DNA of 64,000 nucleotides, taken from contig OZ251241.1 in the NCBI GenBank assembly GCA_965240325.2, positions 868,001 through 932,000 on the forward strand. The letters are read 5' to 3'. The DNA is from Rebecca billardiae RCC1528. Taxonomy: Eukaryota; Protista; Haptophyta. Within the stretch, counting starts at the first letter, position 1; the number at the start of each line of letters is the position of its first letter. Made by a program: the position numbers and the translations under genes. The notes beneath the pieces are model-generated. The model searched no databases. It was not told the origin of the DNA and worked only from the letters and a program-made list of their open reading frames with translations. Shown here piece by piece: positions 23,801 to 34,100 of this stretch.

Positions 23801-24412
23801 GGTGCTGGACTTGAGCAGCGCGACGAGCGGTGCGATCGCACCAGCCTCGGCGATCGGTGCGCGGAGTGAGTCTGACCTGGCGAGGTTGCAGAGAGCACCC
23901 ATTGCATTGCACAGAGCCTCCGCATCGGTGCTGGACTTGAGCAGCGCGACGAGCGGTGCGATCGCACCAGCGTCGGCGATCGATGCGCGGAGCGAGTCAA
24001 ACGTGGCAAGGTTGCAGAGAGCAAGAGCTGCCGCCTTGTACAGCCCTTCAGTATCGGTTGTCTGCAGCATGGCCACGAGGGGCTGCACCGCGCCAGCCAG
24101 TGACACGCAGCCAGGTACATGGGCCGCGATCCTCGCAAGAGCTGCCGCCGCAGCTGCCCGAACGCTTGCTTCGCGTGATGCTCCCAGCATGCGCACGAGG
24201 GTTGCGACCGAGCCGCCTCGCTCGATTGCATCGGGCTCTTCGAGCTTGCGGCCCATCCACGGAACGCAAAACGGCGTGAGGGCGCTCACGATGGCCTCGT
24301 CATCACGTGGCGTCGCCTCGAGCGCGCGCACGAGGTCAGAGAGCGTGGCGGGGCCGATGACCGCCGAGGCGAGTGCCCCAGCGCGAGCCACGGCCTCCTG
24401 GACAAATCCCAT
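20816..24412 (-). CDS. ARM-repeat + BTB/POZ-BACK protein, copy 2 (1198 aa; 17 core 42-aa repeats)
   Basis: Same N- and C-terminal parts as copy 1, with 16 additional in-frame 126-bp modules. Uninterrupted ORF. Confidence 0.9.
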   Translation of the reverse strand: MGFVQEAVARAGALASAVIGPATLSDLVRALEATPRDDEAIVSALTPFCVPWMGRKLEEPDAIERGGSVATLVRMLGASREASVRAAAAAALARIAAHVPGCVSLAGAVQPLVAMLQTTDTEGLYKAAALALCNLATFDSLRASIADAGAIAPLVALLKSSTDAEALCNAMGALCNLARSDSLRAPIAEAGAIAPLVALLKSSTDAHALGSAALALANLAVSDSLCAPIVEAGAIPPLVALLTSSTDANTLGNAAGALGNLARSDSLCAPIVEAGAIPPLVALLKSSTDAEALCNAMGALCNLARSDSLRAPIAEAGAIAPLVALLKSSTDANTLGNAASALWSLACDHSLRAPIAEAGAISPLVALLKSSTDANTLGKAAGALFSFACDPPLRTPIAEAGAITPLVALLKSSTDAHALGSAALALANLAQSDSLRAPIVEAGAIAPLVALLKSSTDSRALRNAASALFSLACDPPLRAPIAEAGAIAPLVALLKSSTDSRALRNAASALFSLACDPPLRAPIAEAGAITPLVALLKSSTDANTLGNAASALWSLACDHSLRAPIAEAGAISPLVALLKSSTDANTLGKAAGALFSFACDPPLRTPIAEAGAITPLVALLKSSTDAHALGSAALALANLAQSDSLRAPIVEAGAIAPLVALLKSSTDSRALRNAASAVFSLACDPPLRAPIAEAGAIAPLVALLKSSTDSRALRNAASALFSLACDPPLRAPIAEAGAITPLVALLKSSTDANTLGNAASALWSLACDHSLRAPIAEAGAISPLVALLKSSTDANTLGNAAGALFSLACDPPLRTPIAEAGAITPLVALLKSSTDAHALGSAALALANLAVSDSLCASIVEAGAIPPLASAAYSADSNTQTWAQRAINALTSSAAGRAAMASNEQAVGALLRRAHQDSGDACMQAAKKLVRDDACCERALGSAGAQCARLAQEVDELRASHEQLLSQSVLVSEPSAARHDVVFRCADGTQLGGSRALLIHSSSYFARQLGGGLAEGSRREVDADPDFSSAALEALLRQLHAGGRAELPTEPGEVLELLRLACKLQPPGKGAAGSAQGALLSGPDAAEAASARAGGDLLGLVAGRCEEAVLGVLDADNCLDILRHARAAGAGSQISEAARGVVKANLQAIVSQARWSAFMREDPLGACMLMQAVAMDVVGAQPPEQQRGESTSKRQRTS
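21848..23989 (-). repeat. Coding tandem array of 17 x 126-bp ARM modules, with 630-bp (5-module) higher-order repeat over 21848-23485
   Basis: The near-invariant anchor ATCGGTGCTGGACTT(G/T)AGCAGCGCGACGAG recurs every 126 nt. Modules 5-9, 10-14 and 15-17 repeat in the same order. Confidence 0.95.
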
Positions 24413-25197
24413 GCGGCCGTCGCTGGGCAGCCGCTCGTCGCCGCTCGATCGACAAGCGCTCGATCGACGACAAGCGTGAGCGCCGCAGCCAACCGTCGTC
24501 TTCACCGGAGCCCTCCCCGGCCCGGACTCTGGGCGAACTCGGAGAACGGTCACTCCACGGGCGACCGGAGAAGCAGCGCGATGGCGGGTTGGAGTTCGAG
24601 GACGGCAGCCCGTCTCTCTGACCCGATGCATGGCGAAGCCTTCGCCGCCCGGCCCTTGCGCTGGCAGTAAGCCGCTATCCAGCTAGTGAGTAGCTGATGC
24701 AGCCACCGGGACCGCGCGCAGGTGGTCAGTGCCCGTGCCGTATCAGGTCCGAACCAGCTGCAGGCCGAACGGTCGAAGCACTGGGTCAAGAACTGACGAC
24801 GTTCACAGCGGGAGTGTGGCGGCAGTGGGCACCAAGCTACTACTACGTGAACAACTTTCTCCAGGATATGCCTCGTGATGGCGGAGCACTCTCGACTCTG
24901 CGTCAGGTGTACTGTCACCACGCCCAGGGCCTGGCACCGCCCGTTCTGATCATCACCCTTCGTCCTCGATGTCTCGATAGTCGTCTGCACTTAGTCGATC
25001 GTTCGACGTCTTCGACGACGCCTCAGTCATCGTCCTTGAAACGTGTTACGCAACAATTATTGTCGTCGCATCGAAAGCCTCGTCATGCGACGAGATGAAT
25101 CCTCAAGCCAGTACGAGTGCGCACCTGTAATCGGAATCGTCGGACATCGATCTGACTGATGAGGCTCTGCGCCGCGGCCAGTGACGCTGCGCTCTGA

Positions 25198-27030
25198 TCA
25201 CGACGTGCGCTGCCGCTTGCTCGTGCTTTCGCCACGCTGCTGCTCTGGCGGCTGCGCACCAACGACGTCCATCGCCACGGCCTGCATCAGCATGCACGCC
25301 TCGAGCGGATCCTCGCGCATGAACGCACTCCAACGCGCCTGGCTCACAATCGCCTGCAAGTTGGCCTTCACCACACCGCGCGCTGCCTCGCTGATCCGAG
25401 AGCCAGCTCCCGCCGCGCGCGCGTGCCGCAGGATGTCCAGGCAGTTGTCCGCGTCCAGCACGCCCAGCACCGCCTCCTCGCACCGACCCCCCACGAGGCC
25501 CAGCAGGTCACCGCCAGCGCGCGCAGAGGCCACCTCGGCTGCGTCTGGCCCAGAAAGCAGTGCGCCTTGCGCGCTCCCAGCAGCACCCTCGCCGGGCGGC
25601 TGCAGCTTGCACGCCAGCCGAAGCAGCTCGAGCACCTCGCCCGGCTCGGTGGGCAGCTCGGCGCGACCACCCGCGTGCAGCTGGCGCAGCAGCGCCTCGA
25701 GCGCCGCCGAGCTGAAGTCCGGGTCGGCGTCCACCTCGCGCCGGCTGCCCTCGGCCAGGCCGCCGCCCAGCTGCCGCGCAAAGTAGCTCGAGCCGTGGAT
25801 CAGGAGCGCGCGGCTGCCGCCCAGCTGCGTGCCGTCCGCGCAGCGGAACACGACGTCGTGCCGCGCGGCTGACGGCTCGCTCACCAACACCGACTGCGAG
25901 AGCAGCTGCTCGTGCGACGCGCGCAGCTCGTCGACCTCCTGCGCCAGCCGGGCGCACTGCGCGCCCGCCGAGCCCAGCGCGCGCTCACAGCACGCGTCGT
26001 CACGCACGAGCTTCTTCGCAGCCTTCATGCAGGCGTCCCCGCTGTCGTGGTGGGCACGACGCAGCAGCGCGCCCACAGCCTGCTCGTTGCTCGCCATCGC
26101 CGCACGGCCGGCGGCCGAGCTGGTGAGGGCATTGATCGCACTCTGTGCCCACGTTTGAGTGTTGCTGTCGGCTGAGTACGCCGCTGACGCGAGCGGAGGG
26201 ATGGCGCCAGCCTCGACGATCGATGCGCAGAGCGAGTCTGACACGGCAAGGCGGGCGAGAGCGAGCGCTGCACTGCCCAGAGCATGCGCATCGGTGCTGG
26301 ACTTGAGCAGCGCGACGAGTGGAGGGATGGCGCCAGCTTCGACGATCGGTGCGCAGAGCGAGTCTGACACGGCAAGGTTGGCGAGAGCGAGCGCTGCACT
26401 GCCCAGAGCGTGCGCATCGGTGCTGGACTTGAGCAGCGCGACGAGCGGCGAGATCGCGCCAGCCTCGGCGATCGGTGCACGGAGCAAGCGATCAAAAGTA
26501 AGGTCGCAGAGAGCACCCGCTGCATCGCACAGAGCCTCCGCATCGGTGCTGGACTTGAGCAGCGCGACGAGCGGTGAGATCGCACCAGCGTCGGCGATCG
26601 ATGCGCGGAGCGAGGGATGGCGAGTGAGATTGGCGAGAGCGCCCGTCGCTTCCTTGTGCGACCCTTCAGCATCGGTCGTCTGCAGCATGGCCACGAGGGG
26701 CTGCACGGCGTCAGCCTGTGACACGCAGCCAGGGATATGGGACGCAATCATCGTAAGAGCTGCTGCCGCAGCTGCCCGAACGCTTGCTTCGTGTGATGCT
26801 CCCAGCATGCGCACGAGGGTTGCGACCGAGCCGCCTCGCTCGATTGCATCGGGCCCTTCGATTGTGCTGCCCGGCATAACCCAGAACGGGGTGAGGGCGC
26901 TCACGACGGCCTCGTCATCACGTGGCGTCGTCTCGAGCGCGCGCACGAGGTCAGAGAGCGTGGCGGGGCCGATGACCGCCGAGGCGAGTGACCCAGCGCG
27001 AACCACGGCCTTCTGGACACACGTCATCAT
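25198..27030 (-). CDS. ARM-repeat + BTB/POZ-BACK protein, copy 3 (~610 aa; 3 core repeats at 26230-26607)
   Basis: ATG ATG (MMTCVQKAV) at 27030 aligns with the starts of copies 1 and 2. Same BTB/BACK C-terminus. Confidence 0.88.
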   Translation of the reverse strand: MMTCVQKAVVRAGSLASAVIGPATLSDLVRALETTPRDDEAVVSALTPFWVMPGSTIEGPDAIERGGSVATLVRMLGASHEASVRAAAAAALTMIASHIPGCVSQADAVQPLVAMLQTTDAEGSHKEATGALANLTRHPSLRASIADAGAISPLVALLKSSTDAEALCDAAGALCDLTFDRLLRAPIAEAGAISPLVALLKSSTDAHALGSAALALANLAVSDSLCAPIVEAGAIPPLVALLKSSTDAHALGSAALALARLAVSDSLCASIVEAGAIPPLASAAYSADSNTQTWAQSAINALTSSAAGRAAMASNEQAVGALLRRAHHDSGDACMKAAKKLVRDDACCERALGSAGAQCARLAQEVDELRASHEQLLSQSVLVSEPSAARHDVVFRCADGTQLGGSRALLIHGSSYFARQLGGGLAEGSRREVDADPDFSSAALEALLRQLHAGGRAELPTEPGEVLELLRLACKLQPPGEGAAGSAQGALLSGPDAAEVASARAGGDLLGLVGGRCEEAVLGVLDADNCLDILRHARAAGAGSRISEAARGVVKANLQAIVSQARWSAFMREDPLEACMLMQAVAMDVVGAQPPEQQRGESTSKRQRTS

Positions 27031-27084
27031 GTGGCCGCCGCAGTGATCAGCCCTCGTCGCCGCTCGAACGCTGCAAGCGCTCGA

Positions 27085-28683
27085 CCCGGAACGCCGCAGA
27101 AAAGGGCGGGAACCGGACATGTCGTTGGTCGGCCGGCCGGCGATGGCGGTACGCGCTGCCCCGCGTGTTCGATCGGCTTCTTCAACATCCGCGGCGCACG
27201 TCTGCGCCGATGGGCCCGGCGCTCACGCGCGAGCGCGAGGCACCGAGTGCATCGACGCTTGCCGGGAACTCTGGCAAGAGCCCGAGCAGTGGCCACGCGA
27301 TCCCTCACGACGACGGCTCGCATGATGGCTCAGAGGAGGAGCCGAACCTCGGCTACCAGCCATATCCGCTGCAGGTCGAGGTCGGGGTCGGAGGGCGTGG
27401 ACGGCGAGAACGGCGCCTCGCAGGACGTCATCGCCCGCCAGGTATGGCAGTGTGGGGAATGCGACGACAGGCAGGGCCCTGGCGTGGGCATGTACGCGCA
27501 GCTGGTGCAACGCGGAGCGCAACCAGGGCGGCAGAGGCCTTGGGCTGCACAGCTGCCCCCAGCTGTCGTTCGGCTTCGAGCTGCGCAACCGCGGGCTTAA
27601 TGCGGCAGCAGGGGCGCTGCCGCTGTAGCGGCGACTCGAGGGCGCGGTGCCCGGGTTCGTGCCGAAGAAGGGCGGACGCAAGCGGTCACAGATCAGCGTG
27701 CAGCCCTTCCGGCACGCGGTGGAGACAGTACGCGCACCTGCTGCGCGGGTGGCCGCACGAGGTTGACGCGGCACCGGCCGCGCGGGTCTCCGGGTACAAG
27801 GGGCTGCACACACGAGCGGCCGCGGCCCGGGCAACACGAGGCGCGGGTGCGTCGGATGCGGCGCGCGCGTCTGCAAGCGCTTCGAGCCATTCTGGTCACA
27901 CGCGCGGCAGCACCGCATGCCCCAGCCGCAGCTGCCGCCGCCGTCGGAGGAGCCTATCGTGACTTGTGGAGTTTAGTCATTCCCGCCAAATCCCGAGCTT
28001 GCACCTGCGAGCGCGCCTGCTGGCCTCGGCGCACGCGCCGAGGGACAGGGCGGCCCGGCCGCGAGCGCGGCAGTAGGCAGCCCACCGCGGGGGGCGAAGC
28101 GCACGCGCCACGCGGAGAGCAACTCGCCACTGCGGCAGCTGTCACTATCGAGCCCGGAGCACCGGCGTAAGCGCCGCCAATCAGAGCCGCCGCTCGTGCT
28201 CAATCGCTTATTGGCAGAGGCGTCAGACGCGTCACCGAGCAAGCGGGCACGACCCGCGCGCCGTCGTGCGTCGCTGCCTGCCGCCTAGCCTCAGAGGCGG
28301 TCAGTATCGGCCGCGCGCGTGGCAAGCGTGGCCAGCGGGGCGTTAGACGCGCGCATAGCCTTCGTCCCGCGTGATGCGGCCTTTGGCTAGCTTTCAGATG
28401 CCCGCCGCCCTGGCAGACGAGCCTCTTCTGCCCACACGGCCAGCTGCTCGCGAGTGGCGCCGCTCGTGCGACGTCGAGCCCGCGGGCTCCTCAGAGGGTA
28501 GCTCGACGGCGAGCCTCGCGCTCGCTCGGCATCGCCATCCTTAGCATGCCCGCCGGTTGGGCCGCCCAGAGCACTCACGTGGCCCGACGGCACGCGCCGT
28601 GTACACCTTAAGAACGCCCATATCTGGCCGTAACCGTCATGTGACGAAACTGCAACTACCATGTAACTCCGCGGCGTTCCGGG
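27085..28683. mobile_element. Putative non-autonomous DNA transposon with CCC...GGG termini
   Basis: CCCGGAACGCCGC (27085-27097) is the reverse complement of GCGGCGTTCCGGG (28671-28683). It starts exactly where homology to the other copies' upstream region breaks. Degenerate Cys-containing coding fragments lie inside. Confidence 0.65.
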
Positions 28684-28790
28684 CTAAATCACGCCTTAAC
28701 CAAGTGTGCACGTTAAATCATAGTAAACTGTAAGCTCGATCGACGACAAGCGTGGGAGCCGCAGCCAACCGTCGTTGTCGTTGCCCGGAG

Positions 28791-30085
28791 CTTGTCAGAC
28801 AAACCCACAGGATGGCCAATTGTCCGGGAGGCGCAGATCAGCATCCGGACGACACACCTGCCCAGTGGAAGGTGTGTCGTCCGGTGCGCAGCGAATAGGC
28901 GTCGCGCGTGCGCGGACGCCGGTCTACGGCGGGATGGCGCTCACCAGGCGACGCGAGGGCCCGCCTTGCGCCACGCGCCCAAGGCGGCACACGAGCTTGA
29001 CGGCCGTGCGCGGGCGCCTCTTGGTGGCGAGAAGACCCGGTGGCAGCATTCCCGCCGCCTTGTCGACGCCCTCGCCACCTTTTCTGCGCGCAGAGACTGC
29101 TGACTGGCACGAGCGGCCTTGAGAGAAGGGACTTGAAGGCCTGCCCGATGAGCACGAAGGGCACGCGTGCGCCCCTGAGGTATTCAACGGTCGGGGTTTT
29201 CGCTTCTGTGCGAGGGGCCTGAGAGTGCTGAACAGCGCGAGGGGCCTGAGAGTGCTGAACATCACCGCTGCGTCTTGAGCCATGCTGGCATCGGTCAGAC
29301 CGCACGCATGTGCTAGTGACAGCCCGGACAGGCCAGTGTCACTTGGCATTCGCGCCGCCGTTGGCACGCGTCGCACAGTTCAGTAAGTGTTGCGTCGACT
29401 CCCGATACCTTGCGGTCTGCTTCGTCGCGCATGCCTCGACCTCCCTACGAATGGCTGCATGGGCACCCGGCTCGCGCTTGGCGGCCGGGAGCACGGTGAT
29501 GGCAGTGTTACGACCGGCCTTCTTCGTGCAGCAGTCCGGACACCTTCCTGCTCCAGATCAGACCACACCATGCTACCAGCGTAGGTACACACGAGCCTGC
29601 AGACGATCGCTCACAGGTCGAGCGCGCTGTCTACGGCCAGCAGGTGCCCGAGAACGCACCATGCGGCAACATGAGCATTTGAGGTGTTTGAACAATATAC
29701 TCACCAAGCAACAAAACCGCTCAACTCCGCTGAGTATGCACGGGGATCGTCGTGCGCGGGGGCTCGCCGACGCGCCAACACCTAGGCCCATCAGGCGGAC
29801 GCTGTAACTCGTCCTTAGGAGGCCTCTGGCACTTGCGTGCGCGCGTTCTCGCGCGGCGGGCGCGCATCGTGTACATGTCGCGTCGAAAATAACAGGGCCC
29901 TGCGCACGGCGAGAGCGGCGAGGGCGGGCAGGAGCGCGCGGGCGTGAGGCCCATAGGTGTCCTCGGCCGCGCCGACCTCGCGCGCGCACCCGCAGCGGCC
30001 GTGGGTGCGCGTTCGAGCGCGCCGCGTGAGGCCGCCATCGTGCCGTGCGCGCGCCGAGCCCCATCCTGTGGGTTTGTCTGACAAG
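28791..30085. mobile_element. Non-autonomous TIR DNA transposon (1295 bp) with perfect 25-bp TIRs and TSD
   Basis: TIRs are CTTGTCAGACAAACCCACAGGATGG (28791-28815) and CCATCCTGTGGGTTTGTCTGACAAG (30061-30085). Direct repeat CCCGGAG flanks it at 28784-28790 and 30086-30092. The empty site is seen in the paralogous spacers. Confidence 0.9.
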
Positions 30086-31183
30086 CCCGGAGCCCTCCAC
30101 CCGGACTCTGGGTGAACGGTCGCTCCACCACGGCCGGGGAAGCAGCGCGATGGCGGACTTGAGTTCTAGGACGACCGCCTGTCTCTCTGACCCGATGCAT
30201 GGCGAAGCCTTCCGCCCGGCCCTTCCGCTGGCAGTATGGCACTATCTCGTTAATGAGTAGCTGAGGCAGTCGCCGGGACCGCGCGCAGGTGGTGTTCGCA
30301 CCGCGCTGACAGTGGTCAGTGCACTCCGTGCCCATGCCGAATCAGGTCCAAACCGGCGGCCCGAACTGCCGAAGCACTGGTCGATGGCCAGGACTGACGA
30401 CGTTCACGGCGGGAGTGTGGCGGCAGTGGACACCAAGCTACGTGTACAACTTTCTCCGGGCTGTCTCGTGATGATGGCGGAGCACTCTCGACTCCGCGTC
30501 AGTGTGATACACTGATACACAGACTACCGATCGACCAAGGCCGTCGGACTGAGTCCAGTGACGCGGCTGACGCCGTCACGCCTCACGGGCGTCAGGTCAC
30601 CGGGCCCCGCCCAGGCCCAGGGGCGGGCCAGGGCCAGATGAGAGGCTGGCACAGTGGCAGTGACTCTGACGCGGTCACTGACGATCGCCGCCCGGATCGC
30701 GGATCAGCGCCGACTGGTGGTGGTCCGAACGCGGCGGACTCACGGTCACGGCCTAGGGCACATGTGATCATCGTCTGACGTCTCGTCACGCACGTCTGAC
30801 GACGGCGCGGACGCCCATTAACAGATTACATATCGTATCGTCATCATCATCAGCGCAGTAGCAGTATTAGACCGCCCTTGACGACAGCCGAGTCATTAGC
30901 CATCGTCGTCTAATCTTGACAGCGTATTCTGTAAGACTGTATTTAGTATCGTCCCGCGCTATTATTATTGACTACACTGCTGCTATATCTACATAGTATA
31001 CTCAGTTTTTTTTTTTAAATTCCCCTTTATAACGGGCTCCGGGTGATCAGACTGGCGGCCGAAGCCTCCAGCCCTACCCTGGCCAGCCCCCAACCAACCA
31101 CCACCCTCACCCAACCTCAAACCACTGACCGATAGAGTAGTCGACCAGACTTTCGCCGGCAGTCAAATAGCATGGGCGCCGCG

Positions 31184-34100
31184 CTAGTCGGGCGAGCCAG
31201 AGCGGCGGGCCGCCGAGGTGCTGAGGCTGCTCGCGCCCCGGATCGGCGGTTTGGTGGGCGAGGCGTTCTTGACGGCGGCGGCGGCGACGGCGGCGGTGTT
31301 GGACGAGAGGCCGCGCTTGCCCGCGTACCCTGAGCCGCGCGAGAGCGAGGCGGAGGCCGACGACGGCCGCGGCAGGTTGCGCGCGGCCGCGGCGCCCGAG
31401 CCGCCCACCGCGGGCGTGAGGCCGATCTGCGAGGACGAGCCGGCGGCGCTGGAGCTGCCCGCGCCGCCGCGCGCGGGCGGCGCGGCGGCGGCGGCGGCGC
31501 GCTCCGCGGCGGACGGCGGGTCCTGCAGCCTCGCGAGGATCACCTCCGAGCCGAGCTCGCCGTCCGGATCGAGCAGCCGGACTTTGCGCAGCACGTCCTG
31601 CACCGTCTGCAGCTGCAGCTGCTTCGGGTGGCGCGCGCGCGCGTCGAACGGCGTCGCGGCGCGCTCGGTGCGCTCGCCCGGCTCCCACACGTCCGGCGCG
31701 GGCGTCGGCTTGGGCGGCGGCGGCGGGCCCGCGCGGCCCGCGCGCACGTGGCGCGTCTCGGACGAGCTCATCGCGAAGAGGCGGCGCATCTTGTCGGTGG
31801 TCACGACGGGCAGCTCGCGCATCGCGCGCTTCTTGCGCTCCTCCGCCTCGCTGAACCCGCCGCCCACGCTGCGGAGGTCGCCGATCGTCAGCCCGGTGCC
31901 CATCACGCCGAGCAGGTGGTTCACCGCGTCCAGCAGCGCGCGCGCCGTCTCGCTGCGCGGCGGCGCGGCGCCGCGGGTCGCGGGGCGAGGCGAGCGGCGC
32001 GGCGCGGCGCGGCGCGGCGGGTAGCGAGGTGAGCGGCGCGCAATGATGGCCCTTGCAGCGCGCGCGCGCGGCGTGCGGGCGCGGCCCGCCTGTGCGCGCA
32101 CTCTTGCTGCCGGATCGTCTCATCCCTGCGCGCGAGCTCGGCCTCGAGCTGCGGCGCTTCTCCCGCGGACCCTCGGCCGCCTGCCGCCTCCTCGAGCGCG
32201 CGCGCCTTGGCGAGCGCGGCCTTGAGGTCGGCCTGCAGCCGCGCGGCGTCGCCCGCGTGCTTCGCGAGCTCCTCCTCCGAGGACTGCTGCGCGGCGCGCA
32301 TCTGCTCCGCCCGCGCGCGCGCCTCCGCCGCGTCGCCTTCCGCCTCGAGCGCGCGCTCCCGCGCCGCGTGCAGCTCCGAGCGCACGGCGCGCGCTCGCTC
32401 GTCCGCGGCGCGCTGCGCGCTGGCGGCGGCGTGCGCGTCGAGCTCGGCGGAGCGGCGCGCGGCCTCCGCCTCCGCCGCGCGGCTCTCGAGCGCGTCCGCC
32501 CGCTCGCGCTCCTTCGCCAGCCGCGCAGCCGCGCGCGCCAGCTCCGCGCGACCCTCCTCCGCCTCGCGCGCGCCCTCCTCTGCGGCGTGTGCGCGCGCGT
32601 CCGCGGCTTGCGCGCGAACCTCGAGCTCGGCGATGCGCGCGGCGGCCTCGGCGGTGCGGCTGGCGTTGGCGTGGTTGAGCGCGGCGAGCGCGGCCGACGA
32701 GTCCTCGCCCTCCGCCGCGGCGCTCAGCGCGCCCTCCAGCTGCGCGATCCGCGCCGCCGCCGCCTCTGCGGCCGCGCCGTGCGCCTCGAGCGCCGCGCGC
32801 AGCTCGGCGCTCAGCTCGGCGACGCGCCGCTCGGCGGCGGCGTGCGCGGCCGTGGCGGCGGCGGCCTCGGCGGCGGCCTGCGTCGCGGCCTCGGCGGCGG
32901 CCCTGGCCCTGGCCTCCGCCGCCTCCCGCTTCGCCTCGTCCTCCGCCGCCTTCTTCGCCGCCGCCGCCGCCGCCGCCGCGCTCGCGGCCGCGTCGGCGCG
33001 CGCGCCCTCATCGCCCGCGGGCGCGCCCGCGGGCGCGCCCTCGGGCGCCGCGCCGGCGCGCGCGCGCTCGAGCTCGGCGCGCGCCGCCGCGAGCAGGCGC
33101 TCGAGCTCGCGCGCGCGCGATGCGTCGGCGTCCGACGCGGGCGTGGGCTGCGCCTCCCGCGCCGCGCCGAGCGCCGCGCGCAGCTCCGCCGCCTCGCTGC
33201 GCAGCCCCTCCACCTCGGCCTGAAGCTGGCCCACCCACTCTGAGTCTGCGCGCGCGCGCTCGTCTGCGCGCGAGCGCTCAGCCTCCCAGCGCGCGCGCTC
33301 GGCGGCGGCGCGCGCGCGCTCGTCGGCGGCGTCGGCGCGGCTCTCGGCGAGGACGATCGCGCGCTCCACGTCGTTGCGCGCGCGCTCGGCCGCGTCCGCG
33401 CGGCTCTCCGCCACCAGGATCGCGCGCTCCGCCTCGTCGCGCGCGCGCTCGCGCGCGAGCGCGGCCGCGCGCGCCTCGGCCGCCTCCGCGTCTGCTGCCT
33501 CCGCGTCGTCCAAGCCGCTGAGTGCGGCCTGCGCGCCGAAGTCGGCGCGTCCGGGCTTGGGCATGGTGGAGCGCGAGCGCTCGAAGCCGTCGAGGATCCC
33601 CTGCTGCACCTCCTGCTTGATCCCGTCGCGCAGCCGGTCGAGGTCGGTCGGCTGCGGCGAGGGCGGCGGCGTGGGCTCGGGCGAGTCTGAATTGCGGCGC
33701 GGCCGTCGCCGCTCGGCCGCGCCGTCGTCGTCGTCGTCCGCGCCGCCAGGCTTCGTCGCGGGCAGCCCCCCGGCCTGGCGCTGCGCGCCCTCGATCTCGG
33801 CGCTGGCCGAGACGATCCGCGCGTCGAACTGGTGGCGGAAGTGCGCGCGCACCGCCGCCGCACGCTGCGCGCCCCTGCGCCCGCCGCCGCCGCCGCCGCC
33901 AAGCAGAACGAGCAACCCGCCGCCGCCGCCGCCGCCGCCGTCGCCGTCGCCGCCGCTCGGCGGCGGTGTGTCGCTTGGCAGCAGCTCTGGCGGCGCGTCG
34001 CGCTGCTCGCGCACCTTGCGCCGGAAGAGCGCCATCGTCACCGGCCAGCGCTCGAGCCTCGCGCACAGCTCGCGCAGCACCCCGTACTTGTCCAGTGCGT

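Larger units (their letters stand above)
20039..25197. repeat. Tandem duplication: intergenic spacers 20039-20815 and 24413-25197 are near-identical; a diverged third copy is split over 27031-27084, 28734-28790 and 30086-~30500
   Basis: Direct alignment by eye. For example GACCCGATGCATGGCGAAGCCTTC occurs at ~20242, ~24620 and ~30189. Confidence 0.92.

Noticed and set aside
21848-23989. CRISPR-like pattern (constant ~30-bp repeat alternating with variable sequence)
   Set aside because: The period is exactly 126 nt, the 'spacers' are homologous to each other, the whole array is an open ARM-coding frame in a eukaryotic gene, and no cas genes are present.
24413-24631. N-terminal extensions of the ARM-BTB ORFs given by the ORF track
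   Set aside because: The extensions differ between copies and are disrupted by indels, whereas the MGFV/MMTCV starts align across all three.
24697-25098. 133-aa ORF in the duplicated spacer
   Set aside because: The paralogous spacer has a stop (CAGTGA at ~20445) and an indel, so the frame is not conserved.
27085-30085. Autonomous transposase in the two TIR elements
   Set aside because: Only short broken frames are present, with no recognisable DDE or other catalytic motif.
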